Shown here one piece after another: positions 1 through 8,698 of a stretch of 16,795 nt of DNA. This DNA is from Archangium sp. (GTDB lineage Bacteria > Myxococcota > Myxococcia > Myxococcales > Myxococcaceae): assembly GCA_031367385.1 (NCBI GenBank), contig JANLPS010000531.1, positions 1 to 16,795 of the forward strand. The letters are read 5' to 3'. The notes under the pieces were generated by a model. That model ran no database searches. It worked only from the letters and a program-made list of their open reading frames with translations, and had not been told where the DNA came from. Each line of letters starts with the position of its first letter. Positions within the stretch are counted from its first letter, which is position 1. The position numbers were made by a program, and so were the translations under genes.

Positions 1-240
1 GCCAAGGCCTTGATGCAGCGGTCACTGGCGATCGACTCGAACTGCGACCGGGCCCACTACCAACTCGGCGTCATCGCCCGGGTCGAAGGCGACATGGAGC
101 GCGCCGAGCGCCACTTTCGCGAAGCCGTTCGGGTCAACCCCCGTCACCTCGAGGCCAACCAAGAACTCCGACTCATCGACATGCGCAAGAAGAAGGCGGG
201 CGAAGGCGCCGCCAAGAAGGGAGGCGGGTTCTTCCGCTAA
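1..240 (+). CDS. TPR-repeat protein, C-terminal fragment (5' truncated by window)
   Basis: Frame 1 is open from base 1 to TAA at 238-240. TPR-like helices: AHYQLGVIARVEGDMERAERHFREAVRVNPRHLEA. Ends in a Lys/Gly-rich tail. Confidence 0.75.
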   Translation, partial: AKALMQRSLAIDSNCDRAHYQLGVIARVEGDMERAERHFREAVRVNPRHLEANQELRLIDMRKKKAGEGAAKKGGGFFR

Positions 241-254
241 CAGGGTCGGCTTGG

Positions 255-593
255 CTAACTGCGCACATGCGCCAACAACGTCGCGCGGTCTGCCTCGTCC
301 ATCGAAACGAACTCCACCCCCATGCCCGCCGCCTCACCCCCCTGGGGAAACCGCCGCACCCACGCCACCCGGGCCTGGGTTCGCACCACTTTGGGCCCCT
401 CCGCCGAGGGCAGGGTGAATTCGAGCGACAACGCCTCGCCCTGTTCTAGAAGGAGGTCTGACTTGAGAAAGGTGCCTCCTGCTGAGAGGTCGGCACTCTG
501 AAAGACCAACTGCCCCGCGCCGTGCGCATCACGGGCCTGAAAATCGACCAAAACTGCTTTTCGCTCGAACCGCCGTTGATCCGCTGCTCCCAT
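255..593 (-). CDS. Stand-alone PilZ-domain protein (c-di-GMP receptor, myxobacterial TIGR02266-like)
   Basis: RRFER (RxxxR) and DLSAGG (DxSxxG) motifs, plus ARVAWVR and GMGVEF. Start set at ATG 593 because the longer ORF overlaps the divergent gene. Confidence 0.85.
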   Translation of the reverse strand: MGAADQRRFERKAVLVDFQARDAHGAGQLVFQSADLSAGGTFLKSDLLLEQGEALSLEFTLPSAEGPKVVRTQARVAWVRRFPQGGEAAGMGVEFVSMDEADRATLLAHVRS

Positions 594-609
594 CAGTGCA
601 TTCGAAACG

Positions 610-638
610 TTGACACCCCCCGTTGCAAGGCGAAACAT
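610..638 (+). promoter_or_regulatory. Possible sigma70-type promoter for the receiver-tsaD-rsmA unit
   Basis: Perfect TTGACA at 610-615, 17-bp spacer, weak -10 (AAACAT, 633-638), in the divergent intergenic region. Confidence 0.3.
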
Positions 639-680
639 CGGCCCCCCTGAAACTGACGGGCCTCTTTGAAAGGGCATTCT

Positions 681-3407
681 GTGGCGAAGCAGCACCTGCT
701 TCTGGTCGATGGTGACGCGAAGAGTCTTCGCGTCATGGAGGTCAGCCTCAAAAAGGCTGGCTTTCAGGTCACCACGGCTGTGCATGGCCACGATGCCGTC
801 GAGAAGGTGCAGATCAGCCCTCCTGACCTGGTGCTCTCAGAGACCAAAATGCCGGAGATGGACGGCTTCGAGCTGTGCAAGGTCATCAAGAACGACGAGC
901 GGTTTCGCCACATACCCTTCGTCTTTTTGACGAGCCAAAAGGCCGTCGAATCGAAGGTCAAAGGCCTCGAGCAGGGCGCGGAGGACTACCTCACCAAGCC
1001 CATCTACATCAAAGAAGTCGTCACCCGCGTGCGCATGATTCTCACCAAGGTCGAGAAAGAACGCACCGACAAGAAAGAGCAGAAGGCTGGCTTCACCGGC
1101 AACCTGACCGACATGGGCGTGGTCGACCTGGTGCAAACCTTTGAGATCGGCCGCAAGACCGGCGTGATTCGACTCGATGGTGACCGTACCGGCGCGATTT
1201 ATTTTCGTGAGGGGCGCGTGACCGACGCAGAGCTCGGGCGGCTGCGCGGCGAGAACGCGTTTTACCGAATGCTCAACACGTTCGAGGGCCAGTTCGAGGT
1301 CTCGTTCGCCCCGGTCGAGCGCGCTGATCGCATCGAGGTCTCGACCCAGGGCCTGTTGATGGAGGGCATGCGCCGCCTCGACGAGTGGGGCCGCATGCTC
1401 GAGCAGTTGCCGCCGCTCGAGACGATGTTCGAGCTCGACTATGACCAGCTCACCGACCGGCTCGCCGAGATACCCGATGAAGTGAACGGGTTGCTGCGGC
1501 TCTTCGATGGGCGGCGAACGCTCTCGAAGGTGGTCGACGATTCTGACTTCGAAGACCTGGCGGCCCTGGGCATCATCTCGAAGCTGTACTTCGAGGGGCT
1601 GATCAAAGAGGTCGGGCAGGCCGGCATGGCGCTCGACGGGAAGGCGAAGAAGCCAGGCATCGAAGAGTGGCTCAACACCGGTGCGCCGGGCGGCCCGCTG
1701 AGCCCCGAAGAGAAGACCCCGCCGGGTTTTCAGGCCCCGGCCATCGTGCCGGCGTCGATCCCCGCTCCGGTGGTGCCTGCGGCGTCGGCGAGCGCGAACG
1801 CGGCGGCCGCGGCCCGCTTGTCGCTCAAAGACCACGAGCTGCCGATGGGCGTCGAGGAGCCGCTCGACGCACCGCTGCGCGCCACGCCCAGCAAGGCACC
1901 ACCGGCAGTCCCTTCGATTCCCCCAGCGATTACGCCGGTCTCGGCCGCTCCAGCGCCGTTGCCGGTGCCGAGTGCCGCTTCATCGCAGGCCCCGGTGGCG
2001 GCGTCTCCCGCCAAGGTCAAGGTGGTCGAGTTCGAGGCCAAGCCGAAGGCCCCCGGAGTGCCGCGCATCAGCTCGCCGAGCGCCGCGCCCACCCAATTGG
2101 CCACGCCGCCGCCTCCCGCGCCCCCGCCGGCCGACGCGTCGCAATTCTTGGTCGACCAGGCCCCGCGTGAGCTGCAACGCGCACGTCAACAGCTGATTGA
2201 TGACTGGTCGAAGGTCGAGGGCGATGACGGGCTCGAGTCGATGTCGACCTGGGCCCCGGTCAGAGGGTGGTCGAAGCCCGAGACCCGCTCTCCCACCGCG
2301 TCGGTCTCGCCCCCGGCGGCGATACCGGTGCCCAGTGAGCCCTCGAAGCCGCCCGTCTTCGGAGGCGCGGCCATCGAGAAGATTTCGCTCGCGCCCAAGC
2401 CCGCCGCGACGCCGCCGTCGCCCACGCCGTTCACTGATTTGCCGCCCGAGGCCACCGAAGAGCCGGTGACGCTGGCCGCGCCAGACCCGCTGCCTCCGCC
2501 TCAAGAAGAGAAGAAGGCCCCCGCGCCGGTGAGCACGAGCGTGCCGTTGGGCAAGCTCAAACCGGCCTCGCCCAAGCCCATCGCCGCCGCCGAGGCGACG
2601 TTCTTCGACGATGTCGAGGGCAAGAATTCGGTGCCGCTGTCGGGCGAAAATCCGCTCCCTCGGCAGACCAACGTGATGCTGTTCGTGGTCACGGCGGTGG
2701 GGTTGCTGGTCGGCGTCGGGGTCGCCGTCGGCGCGTACGAATATCTGTTTCCTGAAAGCGGAGTGGTCTCGCTGTCTTTCGATGCCGGCCCTCAGGTGGT
2801 GCTGCCTCCGATGGCCGTCGAGTCGTTCGATGCGGGCGATGAAGCGCTCGCGGTCGCCGAGGTCGATGCGGGGCCGGCTGCCGTCGTCGTCGCGGCGGTG
2901 GTCGACGCGGGTGTGAAGGCGGTGGCCGAGGCCGCGATTGATGCAGGCCGCCCGGCGCTCGCGGTGGTGGTTGATGCGGGTCGACCGGCTGTCGTGGCGG
3001 CGGTGCCAGACGCGGGTGCGCCTGCGGTGGTGGCCTCGGTGCCGACGGTCAGCTTCGACAAGCTGCTCTCCGATGCCAAGGCCGCGGCGGTCGCGCAGCG
3101 CTGGAGCCCGGCTGTTCGCCTCTACCGCAACGCCCTCAAGCAGCGCCCCGACTCGATGGAGGCTCGCAGCGGGCTGGGCATCGCGCTGGTGCTGTCTGAG
3201 ACCGGGTTTCGCGAGGCGATACCGTACTTGAAGGCCGCGACCGCCGCCGATGCGAGCAACGCGCAAGCCTGGCTCACCTTGGGCATCGCGCTGCAGAACC
3301 TCGACCGAAAAACCGAAGCGAAGAACCCGTACCAACAATACTTGCGGCTGATGCCCAATGGCCCCCAGGCCGGCGAAGTGCGCGAGGCTCTCAAGGCGAT
3401 ACCCTAG
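681..3407 (+). CDS. Membrane-anchored response-regulator-like protein: receiver + DUF4388/PatA-N-like domain + Pro/Ala-rich linker + TM helix + DAG-repeat linker + C-terminal TPRs
   Basis: Receiver motifs LLLVDGD, MPEMDG, FLTS, YLTKP. DUF4388-like segment [24 protein letters not shown]...[10 protein letters not shown]. Hydrophobic [22 protein letters not shown]. TPRs ([12 protein letters not shown]...YLRLMPNG). GTG start at 681 preceded by AAGGG. Confidence 0.85.
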   Translation: MAKQHLLLVDGDAKSLRVMEVSLKKAGFQVTTAVHGHDAVEKVQISPPDLVLSETKMPEMDGFELCKVIKNDERFRHIPFVFLTSQKAVESKVKGLEQGAEDYLTKPIYIKEVVTRVRMILTKVEKERTDKKEQKAGFTGNLTDMGVVDLVQTFEIGRKTGVIRLDGDRTGAIYFREGRVTDAELGRLRGENAFYRMLNTFEGQFEVSFAPVERADRIEVSTQGLLMEGMRRLDEWGRMLEQLPPLETMFELDYDQLTDRLAEIPDEVNGLLRLFDGRRTLSKVVDDSDFEDLAALGIISKLYFEGLIKEVGQAGMALDGKAKKPGIEEWLNTGAPGGPLSPEEKTPPGFQAPAIVPASIPAPVVPAASASANAAAAARLSLKDHELPMGVEEPLDAPLRATPSKAPPAVPSIPPAITPVSAAPAPLPVPSAASSQAPVAASPAKVKVVEFEAKPKAPGVPRISSPSAAPTQLATPPPPAPPPADASQFLVDQAPRELQRARQQLIDDWSKVEGDDGLESMSTWAPVRGWSKPETRSPTASVSPPAAIPVPSEPSKPPVFGGAAIEKISLAPKPAATPPSPTPFTDLPPEATEEPVTLAAPDPLPPPQEEKKAPAPVSTSVPLGKLKPASPKPIAAAEATFFDDVEGKNSVPLSGENPLPRQTNVMLFVVTAVGLLVGVGVAVGAYEYLFPESGVVSLSFDAGPQVVLPPMAVESFDAGDEALAVAEVDAGPAAVVVAAVVDAGVKAVAEAAIDAGRPALAVVVDAGRPAVVAAVPDAGAPAVVASVPTVSFDKLLSDAKAAAVAQRWSPAVRLYRNALKQRPDSMEARSGLGIALVLSETGFREAIPYLKAATAADASNAQAWLTLGIALQNLDRKTEAKNPYQQYLRLMPNGPQAGEVREALKAIP
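2781..3017 (+). repeat. Seven Asp-Ala-Gly (DAG) peptide repeats in a Val/Ala-rich linker
   Basis: FDAGP, FDAGD, VDAGP, VDAGV, IDAGR, VDAGR and PDAGA in the translation between the TM helix and the TPR domain. Confidence 0.8.
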
Positions 3408-3409
3408 TC

Positions 3410-4408
3410 GTGCTGTGTCTGGGCATCGAGACCTCGTGCGACGAGACGGCGGCGGCGGTGGTGCGCGACGGCCGCGAGGTGCTCTCTGACGTGGTGTCGA
3501 CCCAAATCGACATTCACCGGCGGTGGGGTGGGGTGGTGCCCGAGCTCGCGAGCCGAAATCACGTGGTGCAGGTGATGCCGGTCATCGACGACGCGTTGAC
3601 CCGCGCGGGCAAGACGCTGGCTGACCTCGACTTGATTTCAGTGACGTCGGGGCCGGGGTTGCAGGGCGCGCTGCTGGTGGGGCTGCAGGTGGCCAAGTCG
3701 CTTGCGCTTGCTCGGGGCCTGCCCTTCGTCGGCGTCAATCACCTCGAGGGGCACCTGCTGGCGATTCGGCTGGCGGCCGATGCACCCGAGCCGCCGTTTC
3801 TGGGGCTGGTCGTATCGGGTGGGCACACCACGCTGTACGACGTGAAGCAGTACGGCACCTACGGCCGCCTGGGCACGACCCGTGATGACGCTGCCGGAGA
3901 AGCCTACGACAAGGTCGCCAAGCTGTTGGGCTTGCCATACCCCGGAGGCCCGCGCATCGACGAGTTGGCGCAGACGGGCAACCCCAAGGCAGTCGCTTTT
4001 CCCCGGGCGCTGAAGGCGCATGACGTGCTCGATTGGAGCTTCTCGGGCCTCAAGACCGCGGTGCTGTTGCACGTACAGAAGCACGGCGTGCCGACGGGGC
4101 AGGCGCTCAACGACGTGTGCGCTTCGTTTCAAGAGGCGGTCGCCGACGCCCTGACCAAGAAGCTGATTCTCGGGGCGAAGAAGGTGCAGGCCAAGACCCT
4201 GGTCATCTGCGGCGGAGTGGCGGCGAATTCACGGCTGCGGGCGCTGGCGCAAGAGCGGGCGGCCGATGCGGGCATGACGCTGTTCTTGCCCCCGAAACGA
4301 TTGTGCACCGACAACGGAGCGATGATCGCCGTTGCCGGGTATGAGGCCTGGCGTCGCGGCGTGCGAGGTGATGCCACGCTGAACTCAGACCCGACCTGGA
4401 GGCTGTAA
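3410..4408 (+). CDS. tsaD: tRNA N6-adenosine threonylcarbamoyltransferase TsaD
   Basis: LGIETSCDET, GGVVPELASRNH, NHLEGH, VSGGHT, DDAAGEAYDK, SFSGLKT and CTDNGAMIA motifs. Confidence 0.97.
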   Translation: MLCLGIETSCDETAAAVVRDGREVLSDVVSTQIDIHRRWGGVVPELASRNHVVQVMPVIDDALTRAGKTLADLDLISVTSGPGLQGALLVGLQVAKSLALARGLPFVGVNHLEGHLLAIRLAADAPEPPFLGLVVSGGHTTLYDVKQYGTYGRLGTTRDDAAGEAYDKVAKLLGLPYPGGPRIDELAQTGNPKAVAFPRALKAHDVLDWSFSGLKTAVLLHVQKHGVPTGQALNDVCASFQEAVADALTKKLILGAKKVQAKTLVICGGVAANSRLRALAQERAADAGMTLFLPPKRLCTDNGAMIAVAGYEAWRRGVRGDATLNSDPTWRL

Positions 4409-4409
4409 G

Positions 4410-5234
4410 GTGGCCGATTCTCCGCAGATTTTGCTGCGCAAGCTGCGCCTGACGCCCAAGCACAGCTGGGGTCAGAACTTCTTGGGCGATGACGAGGTGC
4501 TGCTGCGCATCGTCGATGAAGCGATGATCGTGCCTGAAGACCACGTGGTCGAGCTCGGTGCGGGGCTCGGGCATTTGACGCGGCATCTGCTCGATACTGG
4601 TGCCAGCATCACGGCCGTCGAGCGCGACCGTGACATGGTCGAGGCGCTCAAGACGATGGCTCTGCCCGGCCTGACGCTGGTCGAAGGCAACGCCGCCGAG
4701 ATCGACTTCGCCGCGACGGCCAAGAGCGACCAGGTCGTGGTGGTGGGCAACTTGCCGTATCACCTGACCAGCTCGATTCTGTTCGAGGTGCTCGACCAGG
4801 CCGATCACGTGAAGCGCGCGCTGTTCACGTTGCAGAAAGAGGTCGTCGTGCGGCTCACCGCCGACCCGGGTGGGCGCGACTATGGGCTGCTCTCGGTGCT
4901 GCTCGGGCTGCGCTTTCACGTGGAGTACTGCTTCGATGTGCCGTCTGAATTCTTTCACCCGCCACCGAAGGTCGACTCGGCGGTGGTGCGGCTGGCGCGG
5001 CGGTCGGCTCCGAAGGCGCAGGTGGTGAGCGAGGCGCGATTTCGGCAAGTGGTGAAGGCCGGGTTCGCGCAGCGGCGCAAGACGTTGATCAACTCGCTGA
5101 AGAGCGATCAACGGTTGGTCGAGGCGCACGACCTGTTGGGTGCGCTCGACCGAGCCGGAATCGACCCGAAGCGACGCGCAGAGACGCTCTCAGTCGAAGA
5201 GTTCGCCGCGCTCGAGCGCGCCCTCGACGGCTGA
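4410..5234 (+). CDS. rsmA: 16S rRNA adenine dimethyltransferase RsmA/KsgA
   Basis: GQNFL, ELGAGLG (SAM binding), GNLPY, QKEV, F-PPPKVDSAV, FAQRRKTL and RAETLS motifs. Starts 1 nt after the tsaD stop. Confidence 0.96.
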   Translation: MADSPQILLRKLRLTPKHSWGQNFLGDDEVLLRIVDEAMIVPEDHVVELGAGLGHLTRHLLDTGASITAVERDRDMVEALKTMALPGLTLVEGNAAEIDFAATAKSDQVVVVGNLPYHLTSSILFEVLDQADHVKRALFTLQKEVVVRLTADPGGRDYGLLSVLLGLRFHVEYCFDVPSEFFHPPPKVDSAVVRLARRSAPKAQVVSEARFRQVVKAGFAQRRKTLINSLKSDQRLVEAHDLLGALDRAGIDPKRRAETLSVEEFAALERALDG

Positions 5235-5266
5235 ACTTGTAGGAGGCTGAAGCGAGGGCCCCCCAG

Positions 5267-5296
5267 AACTCTCATGGTGGGCCTGTCGAACCACGA
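5267..5296. repeat. 30-bp interspersed REP-like repeat, copy 1
   Basis: AACTCTCATGGTGGGCCTGTCGAACCACGA, identical at 29/30 positions to 13629-13658. Confidence 0.85.
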
Positions 5297-5922
5297 TACT
5301 GAGGCGCCGAAAACGCCCGAAACGCCCGCGTCACGACCGCTTTCTTGCCCTCAATCACCAACCGCCCCCGGGCATCGGCATCACCACCGATGAAAGCCTC
5401 GCGCAGCGTCACCGAATCAGCCGTGACCGTCGCATCAACCGGCCCCGTATCATCATCGCGCACGGCCATGGTCACGTTGCCCAGCCGAAGCGTGTACCGC
5501 CGCTGCTCCGAAACCAGCCCAATCGAGCCTGTCACGCCACCCTGATACCGGCGCTTCAGCGCAAACAACGCCCACCCCAGGTTCTTCGTATCGGCACGCC
5601 TCACCGCCCCCATGAACCGGCCGCCCCAGGCCCCCAGCGCATGCACCGCTGGCTCGAGCGTGGCGCCCTCATTGGTGAGCTCGTACACCGTCGCCGAATA
5701 CGGAGGCGCGCTCGTGCGCTTGGTCACCAGCCCCTGCTTGGTCATCTCTGCCAGCCGCTTCGCCAGCAGGTTCGTGGTGATCCCCGGCAGCTCGTCCATC
5801 AGGTCTGAATACCGGCGCGGGCCGAGAAACAAATTCCGCACGATCAGCAGGGTCCACCGCTCTCCAATCACATCGAGGGCGCGGGCGAGACCGCAGTATT
5901 GGTCGTAGCTTTTTCGGGCCAT
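5272..5922 (-). CDS. HxlR/DUF24-family winged-helix transcriptional regulator with possible C-terminal SCP2-like domain
   Basis: YDQYCGLARALDVIGERWTLLIVRNL..GPRRYSDL...LPGITTNLLAKRL...YELT..G..LEP. Family-typical start MARKSY at ATG 5922. Confidence 0.9.
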   Translation of the reverse strand: MARKSYDQYCGLARALDVIGERWTLLIVRNLFLGPRRYSDLMDELPGITTNLLAKRLAEMTKQGLVTKRTSAPPYSATVYELTNEGATLEPAVHALGAWGGRFMGAVRRADTKNLGWALFALKRRYQGGVTGSIGLVSEQRRYTLRLGNVTMAVRDDDTGPVDATVTADSVTLREAFIGGDADARGRLVIEGKKAVVTRAFRAFSAPQYRGSTGPP

Positions 5923-5944
5923 GTCACTTGTCTTTAAACTCTCC

Positions 5945-5961
5945 TTACTCATAAAAAGTAA
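5945..5961. promoter_or_regulatory. Inverted repeat TTACT-N7-AGTAA, likely operator of the adjacent HxlR-family regulator
   Basis: TTACT cataaaa AGTAA lies in the AT-rich 42-bp gap between divergent genes and matches the TACT-N7-AGTA type box known for DUF24/MarR regulators such as YodB. Confidence 0.7.
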
Positions 5962-5964
5962 AGC

Positions 5965-6672
5965 ATGTCGCCTCCCTCAGCCTCGGCAGTTGTGACCGGG
6001 GGCATCGTCGCCCTCTCGGTACTCATGGTGCTGGCGTGGGTCTGGTTGCTGTGGCGGGCCAACCCACCGGGTCGCACGATGTTGACTGCGCGATTTGCGC
6101 TCGGTCTGCTCGGCTGGGCCGGGCTGTGGTGCGGCCTCGCGGCCGCGGGCGTGCTGTCGAACCTCGATCGCAAGCCGCCGCTCTTCATCACCCTGATCCC
6201 CCTGATGGTGATTCTGGTCGCGGTGCTCAGCCGCTCGGTCATCGGGGCCGTGCTGGCCTTCGAGACTCCGCTCTGGCTGCTCGTCGGTATGCAGGCGTTT
6301 CGATTACCGCTCGAGCTCGTGATGCACCAGGCGGCGGCCGAGGGCGTGATGCCCGCGCAGATGAGCTTCGGAGGCCTGAACTACGACATCGTCACCGGCG
6401 CCACCGCGTTGCTGCTCGGGCTCGTGCTGACCAAGCGAACGCTGCCCAAGCCCCTGCTCCTGGGGTGGAACGTGCTGGGCTCACTGCTGCTCGTGAACAT
6501 CGTCGTGGTGAGCGTGCTGAGTACTCCGCTGTTCGCGCGCTTCGGGTCTGACCCGGCGCACCTCAACACGTGGGTGATGTACGCACCTTTCGTCTGGTTA
6601 CCGGCGGTGCTGGTCGGCTCGGCCTTACTCGGCCACGTGTTGATCTTCAGAAAGCTGCTCTCGAAGACCTAG
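5965..6672 (+). CDS. Uncharacterised polytopic membrane protein (about 6-7 TM helices)
   Basis: Multiple hydrophobic segments and conserved-looking motifs (QAFRLPLE, GLNYDIVTG, PFVWLP). Divergent from the HxlR gene. Confidence 0.8.
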   Translation: MSPPSASAVVTGGIVALSVLMVLAWVWLLWRANPPGRTMLTARFALGLLGWAGLWCGLAAAGVLSNLDRKPPLFITLIPLMVILVAVLSRSVIGAVLAFETPLWLLVGMQAFRLPLELVMHQAAAEGVMPAQMSFGGLNYDIVTGATALLLGLVLTKRTLPKPLLLGWNVLGSLLLVNIVVVSVLSTPLFARFGSDPAHLNTWVMYAPFVWLPAVLVGSALLGHVLIFRKLLSKT

Positions 6673-7631
6673 CCTTTCTTCAGGCTCGCAGGCGCATTGG
6701 GGTGCCGGCTGAGCGCGGTGCGCAGCTGCGGCTGCCGAACGACCATGGGCTGCTTGAGCAGATGCGCGATCAACGCCGGGGGCGCCGCCGACCAATGCGC
6801 GATGTTCTGCACCAGCATCTGCGACGAATACGAGCGCCCGCACATCAACGCACTGGTCTTCCCGTCGACGGGTATGCCCGAGAGCCCCGCCAGCGAGCGA
6901 CCCTCGGTGGTGAAGATGAGCTCGATTTTCTCTTCTGAAGAAGCGGTGGCGAACCGGGCACGCAGCAGCTTCGCGGTGCTCGAGCGCGTCTGCGAAGTGG
7001 CCTCGCGACTCACCGTCAATTTCCACAGCTCGAGGAGGCGTTTGCTGGCGACCAGCCGGCGCAGTTGGCCTTCGTTGAGCTGTGGGTTTCGCCACAGCAT
7101 TCGCTGCACCTGCGCATCGCGCATCAAATCGGCGCGCACGATGAGCCACTCGAGGCCTGCTGAATTGCGATGGTGCGCGGCGATCAAGCGGGCTTGCTCG
7201 GGGCCCGCGTTGGGGTTCTGCAGCAAGGCGTGAATCACCGCTGGCAGGGGGTCGAAGCAGAGCGCTGAGAGCCGGGCGCCACGCTCCATCGAGGCATGGT
7301 GCGCGCGCTCATCGGCACCGAGATCGTGAAAGGCCTCACGGTACAGCTTGAGGTGCGACCCGCTCGGCTCGTCATCGAGCACCGGCGCCTCGCGCTCGTC
7401 TTCGCTCAACACGTGAGCCTCGGCCGCAACGAAAACCGGGGGCGCCACCACCGCCCCGGTCGCGACCAACTTCTCGACGATGGCGTCGACCCGTTCTCGG
7501 CTCAAGCCCGTGAGCAAAGACAGCTGCTCGACCGACGTCTGCCCATCGATTCGCGAAGAGACGAAACCCTCTTCAGCCGTCAGAGGCAGTGACCGAAGAT
7601 CAATCGGCGCAAGCTTCGGAGTCCACGACAT
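6669..7631 (-). CDS. Hypothetical protein: N-terminal wHTH-like segment and helical (leucine-rich-variant/HEAT-like) repeats
   Basis: LPLTAEEGFVSSRIDGQTSVEQL N-terminus. Repeated L..NP/HP motifs (LLQNPN, LWRNPQ, LSRHPN). GGAGG RBS precedes ATG 7631 and overlaps the dapE end. Confidence 0.75.
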   Translation of the reverse strand: MSWTPKLAPIDLRSLPLTAEEGFVSSRIDGQTSVEQLSLLTGLSRERVDAIVEKLVATGAVVAPPVFVAAEAHVLSEDEREAPVLDDEPSGSHLKLYREAFHDLGADERAHHASMERGARLSALCFDPLPAVIHALLQNPNAGPEQARLIAAHHRNSAGLEWLIVRADLMRDAQVQRMLWRNPQLNEGQLRRLVASKRLLELWKLTVSREATSQTRSSTAKLLRARFATASSEEKIELIFTTEGRSLAGLSGIPVDGKTSALMCGRSYSSQMLVQNIAHWSAAPPALIAHLLKQPMVVRQPQLRTALSRHPNAPASLKKG

Positions 7632-7633
7632 CG

Positions 7634-8698
7634 TCACCTCCCTTGAACCAACCTCCTCAACACCTCCAACGCCGCTCCCAGCGCCTCGACCGAAGCGCTC
7701 TCATCTCTCTGGTGCGCCTGAGCGGTCTCGCCCGGGCCGAAATTCACAGCATCAATCCCCAGCTCCGAGAACCGCGCCACGTCGGTCCACGCCTGTTTCG
7801 CCTCGGCCGGCCGCCCACTCAACTCAACCAGTTTCTGAAAATACGAATTCTGCGCACACACGGCCCCCGACGGGGCGACATCGGTGAACGTCACCGCCGC
7901 TCGCCCCGCCACGAAGGCCCGAACCTCAGCCTGCGCCTGCTGCACCGACTTGCCCGGAGCGAACCGGTAATTCACGTTCACGTCGAACGACTCAGGCACC
8001 ACGTTGCGAGCCCGGCCGCCCTTCGCGGTGGTCGCGCTCATCACCTCGAAGTACGAGAAGCCGTCGACCTGAACCAGCTTGCGCTCCATGGCGCCAAGCT
8101 CGCTCAGCACCGGGCCCGCCGCGTGAATCGCGTTCTTGCCCTGCCATGGCCTCGCCGAGTGCGCCGCCTGCCCCTCGAAGGTCAGCGTCGCGTGCAACGT
8201 GCCGACACAGCCGACCTGCACCGCGCCGTCGGTCGGCTCCATCGCGATCGCCAGCGCCGCCCGCTTCACCTCGGGAGCGGCGGCGAACAACGGCCCCAGC
8301 CCGCTCTCGAGGTACGGCCCCTCTTCGCGCTCGTAGAGCATCAACACCAGATTCACCGGCAACTCGGCCAACGTCACTTGCTCGACGAGCGCACACATCA
8401 CCGCCAGCGAGCCCTTCATGTCAGACGCGCCGAGCCCGTACAGCCGCCCGTTCTCGATTCGGGGCGGGTTGCCCGACGGGTGCGCGGGCACGGTATCGAG
8501 GTGCCCGACCAACACCACCATCGGCCTCGGGTCGACCCTGCGGCCGATCAGCAGCGAGTGCGAGAGCCGCAGAATTTCACTCGCCGCGAACCGCCCGCGG
8601 GCCCAGGCTTCGACCAAGTCAGCCAAGGCCTTCTCATCGCCGATGACCGACGGTACCCGCACCAGCTCGAGCGCCCGCTCGGCGAGCGAAGCACTCAC
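7634..8698 (-). CDS. dapE: Succinyl-diaminopimelate desuccinylase (M20 family)
   Basis: GHLDTVP, GASDMKG, REEG, MEPT, AHSARPW.G.NAIH, WTDVARF and GPG..AQAH..DE motifs. GTG start overlaps the dapD TGA (GTGA). Confidence 0.88.
   Translation of the reverse strand: MSASLAERALELVRVPSVIGDEKALADLVEAWARGRFAASEILRLSHSLLIGRRVDPRPMVVLVGHLDTVPAHPSGNPPRIENGRLYGLGASDMKGSLAVMCALVEQVTLAELPVNLVLMLYEREEGPYLESGLGPLFAAAPEVKRAALAIAMEPTDGAVQVGCVGTLHATLTFEGQAAHSARPWQGKNAIHAAGPVLSELGAMERKLVQVDGFSYFEVMSATTAKGGRARNVVPESFDVNVNYRFAPGKSVQQAQAEVRAFVAGRAAVTFTDVAPSGAVCAQNSYFQKLVELSGRPAEAKQAWTDVARFSELGIDAVNFGPGETAQAHQRDESASVEALGAALEVLRRLVQGR

Noticed and set aside
594..791. N-terminal extension of the PilZ ORF
   Set aside because: It overlaps the start of the divergent receiver gene. 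The PilZ domain begins right after ATG 593.
1980..3338. 452-aa minus-strand ORF (also 837-1835, 4203-5129, 10044-10982, 12226-13257, 14283-15584)
   Set aside because: Antisense shadows of recognisable genes, caused by GC3 bias and scarcity of stop codons.
5311..5328. Short AAACGCCCG duplication in the HxlR gene (RAFRAF)
   Set aside because: Only two 9-bp units, in frame. Plausibly chance or trivial slippage.
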